This document shows, one piece after another, positions 48,278 to 57,308 of a stretch of 64,000 bases of DNA. Position numbers and translations under genes: made by a program. A model generated the notes under the pieces. That model had not been told where the DNA came from. It made no database searches and saw only the letters and a list, made by a program, of their open reading frames with translations. Position 1 is the stretch's first letter. Every line of letters begins with the position of its first letter. The DNA is from a virus, in IMG/VR virus record IMGVR_UViG_3300011116_000922, positions 64,001 through 128,000 of that record; one strand, 5' to 3'.

Positions 48278-49198
48278 TCAACTCCACGGGTCACCGGAGA
48301 ACTTGATGGTGGATGCCAGTTTTTCGGATTCAAACTTGGCACGCATTTTCAGGATCTTCTTGCCACCCGCGCTCACGCCAATGCTTTCATTGCCCACCTT
48401 CTCAAGAGTGATGGGCTTGGACATGATGGCACTCAATTTTTCGTTTTGCAGGGGATCGTCCACCTTGGCAGTAATCTTTCCGGGCTTGTCGCCCATGCCT
48501 GTCACCTTGACATACGGCGGATACAGGTCATTGGAAGCGTCCAACCAGTTGCTCAAGATGTAGTCCCGCAGTGCGGCTTGGCTCATGCTGTTCAGTTTTT
48601 GGTACATGGTGTCGCGCACCTTGTGCAGCACAACCGATCCCATTTCCTGTGTCTGTGCCTGAACCTTGGGGGACTTGCGGATGGCATCCTTGCGTGCTTT
48701 GGAGTTCTCGGGCAAGTGGAACTTGCGGACAGCGGTGTTTACTGCTTCGGTCAGTACCGTGCCCAAGTCAATCTTGAGTGCGGCTTCCACCGTGCCCACG
48801 CCCGGATTCTTGAAGCCAATGTCACCCGACCCCGATGTGGATTTGGCAGACAGCCCAAGGAATCCGTCTGTTGGGCCCGAAGTAAACTGGATCAGAATGT
48901 CCGTGGGGTTCTTGCGCGAATCCACTTCCCGTCCCACTGCCCGTGCCAGTACCCCCGGTCGCGCAGTCCACCACACCTTTTTCACCGTGCCTGAATACTT
49001 GTGCTTTTTTGCCCACTGGAGGAATTCCTCCACCATGCGTTCGGCGCGTTCCACCTGAATAGCCGTCCGCACCGCACCAATCACTTTGGACTTGCGGTTG
49101 AACTGGGCTTTGGCTTCGGGATCCCACCACTTCTCTCCCGCAAGCAAATATCCCACATAAATTTCGTTTACATGTGCAAGGTCTGTGTTTGCAAGCAT
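48278..49198 (-). CDS. restriction-endonuclease-like PD-(D/E)xK protein
   Basis: NE...NPTDILIQF..FLGLSAKS..FKNPG; SD GGAGG and CTAAATA upstream. Confidence 0.6.
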   Translation of the reverse strand: MLANTDLAHVNEIYVGYLLAGEKWWDPEAKAQFNRKSKVIGAVRTAIQVERAERMVEEFLQWAKKHKYSGTVKKVWWTARPGVLARAVGREVDSRKNPTDILIQFTSGPTDGFLGLSAKSTSGSGDIGFKNPGVGTVEAALKIDLGTVLTEAVNTAVRKFHLPENSKARKDAIRKSPKVQAQTQEMGSVVLHKVRDTMYQKLNSMSQAALRDYILSNWLDASNDLYPPYVKVTGMGDKPGKITAKVDDPLQNEKLSAIMSKPITLEKVGNESIGVSAGGKKILKMRAKFESEKLASTIKFSGDPWS

Positions 49199-49226
49199 AA
49201 AGCCTCCCTCCCGGTATTTAGCACCA

Positions 49227-49253
49227 AAAGAAAAGCCCCCAGTGCGGGGGCTG
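49227..49253 (-). terminator. intrinsic terminator
   Basis: - strand AGCCCC-GCACT-GGGGGCT followed by TTTCTTTT. Confidence 0.7.
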
Positions 49254-49288
49254 ATCGTTTGCCAAGGTGGACGGATGCATTAATCGTT

Positions 49289-50299
49289 TCAATACACGCC
49301 CCAACCGCGTAGTCGCTCTGCGTGGTAAGCGTCCCGCAACTTGGTTTCCGTGTTGCCCTTGGGTTTTCGCAGATTGCCTGCCGCTCCAACGGTCTTGCCC
49401 TTGTACCGTTTGGGGTCAATCTCCTTGCCGCCCTTGCCGTACAGTTTCTTGCTGCTCTTTTCACGCGCATTCTGATTGTCTAACTTTAGGTAATCACTGT
49501 CTATTTTTCGTATCCGCTTGGAGCCTTCGCCGTGCCCTGCTGCAAACGCCTTCTCCAAGGCACGGTCTTTCTTGATGTACGCCGCGTCCACCTTCTTGTT
49601 CATCTGTTTGGAACGCTCCGCGGTCTGTGCCATCTCATGCACCGTGCCTTCAGCCACTGGCGATTTGCCGTTTACAATTTGAGCAATTACATCGCCAATG
49701 TCAGTGCGGTTCTCGGGGGTACGAAAGGGAAATGGATCTGTGAATGGTTTCATGTGCGGTTCTCCTCTTGTCCAATTATATAGGCATTCACGGGATTCTC
49801 GGCTTGCGACCACCGCTCCGCTCATGCACTGGTCACACGCTTCCGCAAAGGTTTTGCCCTTGCCGCTTAACCCGTTCTTGGCGGCTTGCAGCAGGTCTTC
49901 ACCCCCCACGATGCGCTCGTCCAATACCCCTTCGTCCACCGTGCTTCCCGCGCCCTTGGCACGGAGCAGACCACGAACAGTCGCCAGTTCTTCCGATGCC
50001 TTGCGGTCACCCTTTAGCACTGCGGCTGCGTACTTTTTTTGCAGTTCACGCAACTGGGTAATGGACAACTTTTCCAATGCGGCACGGGAGTGGGATTCCT
50101 CCACCTTCTCCACCTTTTCGTACCGCTTGCCACTGGGCAGGGTAGACTTTTTTGTGGGAATGGGAGCAGAAGCCTTTTCTACTTTGGCGTAGCCCTTGTG
50201 TTTGGGCTGCTCACCACGGCTTGTGATCTCCGCAATGACTTCCCCAATGCTGCTGCGGGTTTCGGGATTACGGAAGGATGGATCTGTGAATGGTTTCAT
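49289..50299 (-). CDS. tandem-duplicated internal-protein candidate with in-frame internal start at 49753
   Basis: Two MKPFTDP(x)FR..E.R..IG.VIA.I N-termini, each with SD AGGAGA. Confidence 0.65.
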   Translation of the reverse strand: MKPFTDPSFRNPETRSSIGEVIAEITSRGEQPKHKGYAKVEKASAPIPTKKSTLPSGKRYEKVEKVEESHSRAALEKLSITQLRELQKKYAAAVLKGDRKASEELATVRGLLRAKGAGSTVDEGVLDERIVGGEDLLQAAKNGLSGKGKTFAEACDQCMSGAVVASRESRECLYNWTRGEPHMKPFTDPFPFRTPENRTDIGDVIAQIVNGKSPVAEGTVHEMAQTAERSKQMNKKVDAAYIKKDRALEKAFAAGHGEGSKRIRKIDSDYLKLDNQNAREKSSKKLYGKGGKEIDPKRYKGKTVGAAGNLRKPKGNTETKLRDAYHAERLRGWGVY

Positions 50300-50325
50300 T
50301 GTTGGGTGTTCTCCTGTGGGAATAT

Positions 50326-50538
50326 TTAGCGTTCCGCGTTCCGCAGTGGGCGCATCCACTCCGCATAGCCTCGGGCTTCCAGTACTGCGTACAGCCTACA
50401 CGCAAGTTCCGCCCCTACTGGATACGGATCCCCCCACTCGTTCTGTAGAGCGTAGTACTCTTCGGGAATGCTGTGGGTGCGGCGTTCGTCCCCACCAATA
50501 CGAATATGACCCCCTGTACCGCTTTCGTCCGAGTCCAC
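50326..50538 (-). CDS. small hypothetical protein, start uncertain
   Basis: Open frame ending just before the late promoter of the next gene. Confidence 0.35.
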   Translation of the reverse strand: MDSDESGTGGHIRIGGDERRTHSIPEEYYALQNEWGDPYPVGAELACRLYAVLEARGYAEWMRPLRNAER

Positions 50539-50811
50539 CGTGTTTACAATAATGCAGTAGTGTAGAGTAGAGGACAGGGAATAGAAAGAGAACCTGTACC
50601 AATCACCACCACGGTGTAGTAGGTGGGAGGAGGTGTGTGTGGAGGTGTGTGGGCGAAAATGCTGTGTCATGGGCGTGGGTGGGAGAAAACCGCGTTATGA
50701 GCGTGTGGGCGGGGGGTGTGATTAATATTTGAGAATATTGGCACACTTTGCCCCACTTCCACCCACTTTGGGAAATGGTTGAATTAATATAGTTTGCCGT
50801 GCTACACCGTT

Positions 50812-51099
50812 TTATTGTGCGCCGTATTTTCTACCACGCAGGGACGCTGCTTGGTCTAGTTTTTCGTGGGTGGACTTGGGCTGACCGCGCTTAATTTTGT
50901 TCATCAATTTTTTGAAGTCACTGCCCGGTCCCTTCGTGGCATCCACGCCCATGACCGGAGGCGTGGTAAAAGCGCGGCGCACTTTGCGCTTGCCACACCC
51001 GCCACATTTTTCTTTCAGGGGAGCCTCGCGCTCGCTCACAGGGAGAATGCGCTCAAAGGGGTGTTGACACGCTTCACAACGGTACTCGTATACTGGCAT
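50812..51099 (-). CDS. FmdB-family zinc-ribbon protein
   Basis: MPVYEYRCEACQHPFE...CGGCG; SD GGAGG and CTACATA upstream. Confidence 0.85.
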   Translation of the reverse strand: MPVYEYRCEACQHPFERILPVSEREAPLKEKCGGCGKRKVRRAFTTPPVMGVDATKGPGSDFKKLMNKIKRGQPKSTHEKLDQAASLRGRKYGAQ

Positions 51100-51130
51100 A
51101 ATAAAAATCCTCCGCTGTATGTAGGGAGGA

Positions 51131-51553
51131 TTACACCGTATCAGACTTGAGTTTCCGCAGATACACCCGCCGCTGCTCCTGTAGCAGTCTGCGTGGAATA
51201 GGAAGTTTAAATTCGCGGCAGATGTCCAGTGCTTCGGCTTCCGTCTGCACCTCTAGGGTGTAGTAGTCCCGTTCACGCCAAATGGGATCGTCACGCATCC
51301 ACTGGAGAAAGTGGGCGTACTCATGGGCTAGGGTGTACAGCCAATCCGAAGCCTTGCGACCACCAATGGCTACACGCAGTTCACCGGGGTGACCCTTGGA
51401 GTGCCACGGTTCAATGAAATAGCCTTGGCAGCGTTCGCCTCCTGCATTTACTTTATGGCTGTGTGCCAGTACAAAGCGCACATTGGTTTTGTGGCACTGG
51501 GAGCGGACGGTTTTAAGGAAGTGCTGTACGCGGGGATTCGTCAGGTATGCCAT
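51131..51553 (-). CDS. HExxH metallopeptidase-like protein (ImmA/IrrE-like)
   Basis: LAHEYAHFLQ...LE..TE. Confidence 0.65.
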   Translation of the reverse strand: MAYLTNPRVQHFLKTVRSQCHKTNVRFVLAHSHKVNAGGERCQGYFIEPWHSKGHPGELRVAIGGRKASDWLYTLAHEYAHFLQWMRDDPIWRERDYYTLEVQTEAEALDICREFKLPIPRRLLQEQRRVYLRKLKSDTV

Positions 51554-51609
51554 GCGGGGATCCTCCTATGGTATATTGGTAGGATACCATGTAGATTTTG
51601 TAAGAAAAG

Positions 51610-51710
51610 CGTAACCCCTTTATTTTAAAGGACTTATGTGCAGTATTATTGGACATTAAATATTTAAATGCGGGAAAGGGCTTGCAAAGCCTGTAAATAT
51701 AGGGTATTAT
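51610..51710 (+). promoter_or_regulatory. early promoter with upstream palindrome and TATTATTGGAC box
   Basis: CGTAACCCCTT..AAGGACTTATG; TTGCAA-N17-TATTAT; ATG 8 nt downstream. Confidence 0.65.
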
Positions 51711-51718
51711 TTGGGTAT

Positions 51719-54028
51719 ATGAAGACTCTTTCCCCGACTGCCCCCATCGCACCTGTGACGGCCGTGAAGTCCGTGCTTGCGCGTCTGCTTGCCACCGAGA
51801 ATATTTCGGTTGAGCATCAAGATGTGCCCACGGCTGCGTTTGACCTCAAGACCCGTACCCTTATTCTGCCCCGTTGGAAGGACATGAGCAACGCGCTGTA
51901 CGATATGCTCGTCGGCCACGAGGTGAGCCATGCCCTCCACACGCCGCAGGACGGGTGGAAGACGGATGCCGATGCCCTTGCCGCCAAGCACGGCGTGGAC
52001 GGTGGCGTGGCGCGTCAGTACCTGAATATTGCAGAAGACGCGCGTATTGAGCGCATGATCAAGGACAAGTTCCCCGGTCTGCGTTCGGACTTCTTCAAGG
52101 GCTACGGCGAACTCCACGCCAAGAATTTCTTTGGTGTCACCGAAGCGCAGATGCCCTCGCTGGCCCTTGGCGACCGCGTGAACCTCCACTCCAAGTTGGG
52201 TCTGCATGTGGACGCGATTGTGCCGTTCACTGCGGACGAGGCCCTCATCCGCGATTTCGTGATGGGCGCACAGACTTGGGCAGACACCGTGGACGGTGCT
52301 GACCGTATGCTTGCGGTTGACGCTGCCAAGTGGAAGCAGAAGCAGGAGCCGCAGGAACGCGCACCCGAAGGGCAGTCTGCTCCGCAGGGCGACGAAACGG
52401 AAGACGGCGAAGACGCGCCCGGTGCTGACGGCGAAGACTCGCAGGGCAGCGAAGGCGAAGACAAGTCCGAGAGCGGTTCGGGCACCGAGGGTGGCGAAGA
52501 CAATTCGCAGGGTCGCGCCAACGACAACCCCACCGAAACGCAGACGGGTGAAGACGATCACGGCGGTTCGGGTGGCGAGAAGTCCACCAAGAGCGACATG
52601 CCCGGCCCGATCACGAACTCCTCCCTTGAGAACGCGCTCAAGAGTCTGAACGAAACCGCTAGCCGTGCCCCCAATGTGGTGCGCCTGAAGATGACCGCGC
52701 CCACGCTTGATGTGGTTGTGCCCTTTGCTGATGTGCTGAAGGATCTCAACGAGATGGCTACCCGTGGCAAGTGGAACCCCGCGCCTGTGCGCGAGGCTGA
52801 CTACAAGCGGGCTAGCAGCGCAATGGCTACCGCGTTCGACCGCCGCAAGTCTGCGGATATTTGGAAGCGCACCACTGTTGCCAAGACGGGTGCCATTGAT
52901 CCGCTCCGCATGACCCAGTACAAGTGGAATGAAGACATTTTCCGCCGTGGCACCCGCATTGCCGAAGGCAAGAACCACGGCATCGTGATTCTGCTTGACT
53001 GGAGCGGTTCGATGGGCAGCATCATGCAGCAGACCATTGGGCAGTTGATGATCCTCACGGACTTCTGCCGCATGGCAGGTGTGCCGTTCGAAGTGTACGC
53101 TTTCTGCGACCGCCCGTACACCACGCTGCCGGAAGGCATGGATCAGTACAGCGACGAAGCGTACCGTCTGCGCGACAAGGAGTACAAGCGTTTCAACAGC
53201 AATGAACACAACACCGCTTCTCCCACCTACATGCGTCTGCTGAACTTCCTGTCCAACCGCATGACTGCCGCGCAGTACGAGCGCATGAAGTCCCTGCTGT
53301 TCAACCACTGGAGCAGCATCGGCTACGATTCGCGCTACGGCATGGGCAGCACCCCCACTGCTGCTGCTCTGCACCACGCTTCTGCGGTGGTTGCGGAGTT
53401 CACGAAGCGCAATCGCATTCAGATCGCGCACACCATCGTGCTGACGGACGGCGATGCCACGGACGAGTACCGTGTGAACCGTGGCGGTGACGCGGTGCGC
53501 TCCACTTGGACGCGGGACACGCACTGGGTGATTGAAGACCCTGCCACTGGCGCGTCCTATGACCTGTGGAACACGCAGTACCGTGACGCTGACGGCAAGA
53601 CGCAGACCATGCGCCGTGGCACCGTGAACTGGGAAGCCGCTGCTAACCGTTCGGTGTGCATTGCAATCGACGCTCTGCGCCGCCGCACTGGTTCCAAGGT
53701 TCACTGGATTGGTCTGTCTGCCAGTACGCGCAAGACTGCGCCGAGCGGCATGGGCGGTTTCGTGCCGTTCGAAGACTCCAACTGGGGGCGTGACGGGTTT
53801 GCCCGTGGCAGTGCGGAAGGTTGGGACACCGCGGTGATGGCAGCGTCCTGCCGTTTCGGTGGCGCGGGTAACAACTGGATCGAAAAGCAGTTGGAAGCAA
53901 TGGACGACAAGATTGAAGGAGCCAAGACTAGCCGCACTCTCGTTAATGCAGTGGTGGACAAGCAGGCCATGACCAACTCGCTCCGGTCGCTTGCCACCAT
54001 CATCGGTGAATTCATCGCGGTGGCATAA
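51719..54028 (+). CDS. CobT-like protein: N-terminal HExxH domain, acidic linker, VWA domain
   Basis: LARLLATEN, VGHEVSHAL, EDARIE, LLDWSGSM (MIDAS), VLTDG. Confidence 0.85.
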   Translation: MKTLSPTAPIAPVTAVKSVLARLLATENISVEHQDVPTAAFDLKTRTLILPRWKDMSNALYDMLVGHEVSHALHTPQDGWKTDADALAAKHGVDGGVARQYLNIAEDARIERMIKDKFPGLRSDFFKGYGELHAKNFFGVTEAQMPSLALGDRVNLHSKLGLHVDAIVPFTADEALIRDFVMGAQTWADTVDGADRMLAVDAAKWKQKQEPQERAPEGQSAPQGDETEDGEDAPGADGEDSQGSEGEDKSESGSGTEGGEDNSQGRANDNPTETQTGEDDHGGSGGEKSTKSDMPGPITNSSLENALKSLNETASRAPNVVRLKMTAPTLDVVVPFADVLKDLNEMATRGKWNPAPVREADYKRASSAMATAFDRRKSADIWKRTTVAKTGAIDPLRMTQYKWNEDIFRRGTRIAEGKNHGIVILLDWSGSMGSIMQQTIGQLMILTDFCRMAGVPFEVYAFCDRPYTTLPEGMDQYSDEAYRLRDKEYKRFNSNEHNTASPTYMRLLNFLSNRMTAAQYERMKSLLFNHWSSIGYDSRYGMGSTPTAAALHHASAVVAEFTKRNRIQIAHTIVLTDGDATDEYRVNRGGDAVRSTWTRDTHWVIEDPATGASYDLWNTQYRDADGKTQTMRRGTVNWEAAANRSVCIAIDALRRRTGSKVHWIGLSASTRKTAPSGMGGFVPFEDSNWGRDGFARGSAEGWDTAVMAASCRFGGAGNNWIEKQLEAMDDKIEGAKTSRTLVNAVVDKQAMTNSLRSLATIIGEFIAVA

Positions 54029-54077
54029 GAAAATACTCGCTGCCCCGGCAGGAAAACCCCAAAAATTACGCAAAAGG

Positions 54078-54169
54078 CGTAAATCCTGCCGGGGCAAGGG
54101 GTTAAGTCAGTAATTATCGGACACTTTTTCACGCAAAGCCTTGAAATACAGGCAAAAATACAGTAGAAT
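54078..54169 (+). promoter_or_regulatory. early promoter with upstream palindrome and TAATTATCGGAC box
   Basis: CGTAAATCCT..AGGGGTTAAG; TTGAAA-N17-TAGAAT; ATG 7 nt downstream. Confidence 0.7.
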
Positions 54170-54176
54170 AAACACC

Positions 54177-55520
54177 ATGAAGACCGCTTTCTCGCTTTCG
54201 TCCTCCCAGTTCGCCTTTATCGCTGCCGTCCGTCCGCACCTCGCGGCCTTCGGCATCACCGCGAAGACCACTTCCAACGGTCAGAGTGTTGGATTCTCGC
54301 CCCTGTTCCGTGCCGCGCACAAGGCGGGCTATTCGGCTGTTCCCGCGTGGTGCATGAGCGCGGATCGCAAGTGCGGTCGCGGCGTGTATGTGCTGCCGGA
54401 ACTGTTTGCCGCTGACGGGGACATCACCGTGACCGAAGTGAAGCGTGGTCGCAAGCCCGGTTCCACTGCCGCGAAGGCAGAGAAGACCGCGAAGACCACT
54501 AGCGCGGTTCCGGCAGCACTCGCTGCTGCCGTTGTTGCTGCCGCGCCCACCACGCTGACGGCTTCCACCGTGTCCGGTGGCATTGCCGTGGGCACTGCCG
54601 CGTCCATGATCCTGTCGCTCACGGACGGTGAGCGCGACACCTTCACGCCTGACCGCGATGCCAACTATGTGGCATGGGGTTTCCACAGCGAAATCGAAAC
54701 CATTATCAAGTCCAAGGCATTCTGCCCCGTGTTCATCACTGGTATGTCGGGCAACGGCAAGACCACGATGGTGGAGCAGGTGTGTGCCAAGTTGAAGCGC
54801 GAGTGTGTGCGCGTCAACTTCACCGTGCAGACGGACGAAGACGAACTGCTTGGCGGCTTCCGCCTCATGGGCGGCGAAACCAAGTTCGTGCCCGGTCCCG
54901 TCCTTGTTGCAATGGAGCGCGGCGCGGTGCTGCTGCTTGACGAGGTGGATCTCGGTAGCCATGCCATCATGTGCTTGCAGTCCGTGCTTGAAGGCAAGGG
55001 CAAGTTCATTCCCAAGATCGGCAAGTATGTGCGTCCTGCTCCGGGCTTCACCATCGTGGCTACTGCCAACACGAAGGGCAAGGGCAGTGCGGACGGTCGA
55101 TTCGCGGGTACGAACCAGTTGAATGAGGCGTTCCTTGACCGCTTCCACTTCTGCTACGAGCAGGACTACGCTAGCGTGGCTGTTGAGAAGAAGATTCTCA
55201 AGAAGTACGCGGAGAGCGTGAGCGTGAACGATGACCAGTTCATCGAAAACCTTGTGAACTGGGCTGATCTCATCCGCAAGTCCTTCAAGCAGCAGATCGT
55301 GAACGAGATCATCACCACGCGCCGTCTGCGTGACATCGTGTTCGCGTACTCCGTGTTCGGTGACAAGATGCAGAGCATCGACCGCTGCGTGGCGCGTTTC
55401 GATGAGGACACGAAGTCCGCGTTCATGGAGTTCTACACGAAGGTGGATGCCACGGTGACCGCTGCCGCTGCTCCGGTTGATGCTCCGAAGAGCAACGATC
55501 CCAACGCTTGCCCGTTCTGA
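54177..55520 (+). CDS. CobS/MoxR-like AAA+ ATPase with N-terminal putative DNA-binding domain
   Basis: GMSGNGKT, LLDEVD, ATANTKG, NEAFLDRF, ITTRRL. Confidence 0.9.
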   Translation: MKTAFSLSSSQFAFIAAVRPHLAAFGITAKTTSNGQSVGFSPLFRAAHKAGYSAVPAWCMSADRKCGRGVYVLPELFAADGDITVTEVKRGRKPGSTAAKAEKTAKTTSAVPAALAAAVVAAAPTTLTASTVSGGIAVGTAASMILSLTDGERDTFTPDRDANYVAWGFHSEIETIIKSKAFCPVFITGMSGNGKTTMVEQVCAKLKRECVRVNFTVQTDEDELLGGFRLMGGETKFVPGPVLVAMERGAVLLLDEVDLGSHAIMCLQSVLEGKGKFIPKIGKYVRPAPGFTIVATANTKGKGSADGRFAGTNQLNEAFLDRFHFCYEQDYASVAVEKKILKKYAESVSVNDDQFIENLVNWADLIRKSFKQQIVNEIITTRRLRDIVFAYSVFGDKMQSIDRCVARFDEDTKSAFMEFYTKVDATVTAAAAPVDAPKSNDPNACPF

Positions 55521-55550
55521 TCCACACGCAACCCTACAGGAGAAACCCCA

Positions 55551-55889
55551 ATGATTAAGGGCATTACTGTCAAGTCTGACGAACACGAAAACTTCTTTAA
55601 GCGTTCCATTCTGCTGTTCCTGTCCAACGGCTACAAGGTTAGTGCCATCTACGGCACTGGCGCGTACTCGCAAACCATTAACAAGGATCGTCACGGCAAG
55701 ACCGGACTGCTGCCCACGGAGCAGTACATGACCACCCCCGAAGCGTCCACCGTGGAAGTAGCCATCATCGACCCCAAGGGGGATTTCGTGCCGTTCAAGG
55801 AACACAATGAAGATGTTCGCGGCAACACGGATTTCGAAACGCTTCTGAAGATTGCAGCGTGGGCAGACGGTCTGCCGTACACTGCCTGA
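55551..55889 (+). CDS. hypothetical protein
   Basis: SD AGGAG; NGY.VS..G.G.YS..VEVAI..G pattern. Confidence 0.7.
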   Translation: MIKGITVKSDEHENFFKRSILLFLSNGYKVSAIYGTGAYSQTINKDRHGKTGLLPTEQYMTTPEASTVEVAIIDPKGDFVPFKEHNEDVRGNTDFETLLKIAAWADGLPYTA

Positions 55890-55926
55890 TCCACTCACAC
55901 ACTCACACACAAAGGAAACACTTTCA

Positions 55927-56298
55927 ATGACTACTGCCAACACCAACACCGTCCTCCTCGCCTCGTACACCCCCGGTCAGATCGCGTTCATCACTTGGCT
56001 TCAGAGCAACCGCACGAAGATCACCGTGTTTGATGACTGCACCGTGAGCCGCAAGGAACTCCTCGCGCTGCTTCAGAGCGATTCGTCGTATGTGGCAGTC
56101 CCTGCGTGGATTGCTGCGCCCAAGGCTCGGCGTTCGGGTCGCGGCAACTACCTGATCCCGGAGATCAACGCGGACATCACCACGCTCACGGTGAACACCA
56201 ACAACCGTGGTCGCAAGGCAGGATCCCGCAACAAGAAGGGTCGCGTGGGCGCGGCTCCTGCGGCTCCTGCTCCGGCGGCTCCTGTCACCACTGCCTAA
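55927..56298 (+). CDS. stand-alone paralog of the AAA+ ATPase N-terminal domain
   Basis: QIAFI..AVPAW..GRG.Y..PE..RGRK.GS shared with 54177 N-terminus. Confidence 0.7.
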   Translation: MTTANTNTVLLASYTPGQIAFITWLQSNRTKITVFDDCTVSRKELLALLQSDSSYVAVPAWIAAPKARRSGRGNYLIPEINADITTLTVNTNNRGRKAGSRNKKGRVGAAPAAPAPAAPVTTA

Positions 56299-56326
56299 TC
56301 ACACTCCACCACAAGGACTCCACACA

Positions 56327-56542
56327 ATGCTTGGAATGACCACCATCAAAATTCTCCGTGCCCGTGTAAACTGCCTTATGCACGAAAACGGCGTACTCCT
56401 CCGCGAGAATGCCCGTCTGCGTCAGGCACTGGAAGTGTCGGGCAACACCGCACCGACCCGCACCGACCGCGACTACTCACTGGGTGGGCACGAATGGATT
56501 GACCCCGTGAGCGGCATCGACACTTGGAGCGGCGCAGACTAA
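56327..56542 (+). CDS. small hypothetical protein
   Basis: SD AAGGA; short coiled coil. Confidence 0.55.
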   Translation: MLGMTTIKILRARVNCLMHENGVLLRENARLRQALEVSGNTAPTRTDRDYSLGGHEWIDPVSGIDTWSGAD

Positions 56543-56551
56543 ACGCATTCT

Positions 56552-56625
56552 GTCCCTGTAACTCAGCCGGATAGAGTAGCGACCTTCTAAGTCGCAAGTC
56601 AGTGGTTCGAATCCACTCAGGGACG
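56552..56625 (+). tRNA. tRNA-Arg(UCU)
   Basis: GTCCCTG/CAGGGAC acceptor, GCGAC-CTTCTAA-GTCGC anticodon arm, GGTTCGAATCC; CCA not encoded. Confidence 0.92.
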
Positions 56626-56647
56626 CTAGAACAAAGGAATAAATTAA

Positions 56648-56812
56648 ATGCCACGAATTGCAGTGCTTGAATCCGACCTCCGTGACGACACCATTGACTG
56701 GAGCGAATTTGAGAATTCCATCCGTTCCGATGCCGACCCCCGCGAGATCCGCCGACCCGCCGAAGAGGACGAATGGGAAGACGAAGACGACAGTGACGAC
56801 GACCGCCGCTAA
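56648..56812 (+). CDS. small highly acidic protein (54 aa, not in ORF track)
   Basis: MPRIAVLESD...EEDEWEDEDDSDDDRR; SD AAGGA. Confidence 0.55.
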   Translation: MPRIAVLESDLRDDTIDWSEFENSIRSDADPREIRRPAEEDEWEDEDDSDDDRR

Positions 56813-56822
56813 ATAAACCCCC

Positions 56823-56895
56823 GGCACTGTAGCCCAATGGCAGAGGCATTCGACTCAAAATCGAAACAGTGTGGGTTCGACTCCCACCAGTGCTA
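56823..56895 (+). tRNA. tRNA-Leu(CAA) with short variable loop
   Basis: GGCACTG/CAGTGCT, TTCGA-CTCAAAA-TCGAA, GGTTCGACTCC, discriminator A; CTAAATA just upstream. Confidence 0.88.
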
Positions 56896-56903
56896 CTAAA
56901 AAA

Positions 56904-57218
56904 ATGCCCACTATGCAAAACGCCCAATTCCGCAATACCGTTTCGCAACACCGCTGCTCCCGCTATGCCATCCTCATGCAGCCCGGTAGTCACGGGCGCA
57001 CCACCGTGACTTTTTTCTATGATCCCCAACGCGCTTCCGTATTCGTGTGGTTGACTGCCAACACAGAGGACGGCTCACCGCTGTCCGTGGACGGTGGGCA
57101 GTACAGGCTAGAGCGCGATTGGCATATCTCACTGTTCACTGACAACGCTCGGCGCATATGGGCGGAACTGCTAGCGGGGGGATGGCGCGAGATTGCTGTG
57201 GGTAGCCTCGGCACATGA
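56904..57218 (+). CDS. hypothetical protein with ARxxWxxLxxxGW C-terminal motif
   Basis: DNARRIWAELLAGGWR; start uncertain (56904 or 56913). Confidence 0.6.
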   Translation: MPTMQNAQFRNTVSQHRCSRYAILMQPGSHGRTTVTFFYDPQRASVFVWLTANTEDGSPLSVDGGQYRLERDWHISLFTDNARRIWAELLAGGWREIAVGSLGT

Positions 57219-57274
57219 TGCAGACTAAATAAAATTGTAGCCGTGTGGGATTCGTCCCGTACATCGCTACCACG

Positions 57275-57308
57275 CCCCTGACCGCTACACGCTGTCAGGG
57301 GTTTTTTT
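57275..57308 (+). terminator. intrinsic terminator
   Basis: CCCCTGAC-N11-GTCAGGGG-TTTTTTT. Confidence 0.85.

Noticed and set aside
51719-55520. True cobalamin chelatase (cobST) auxiliary pathway
   Set aside because: No cobN or other B12 synthesis genes here; better read as a generic AAA+/VWA pair
51707-55970. Very long antisense ORFs (796 aa and 613 aa)
   Set aside because: Mirror frames of strongly codon-biased CobT/CobS-like genes; no motifs or expression signals
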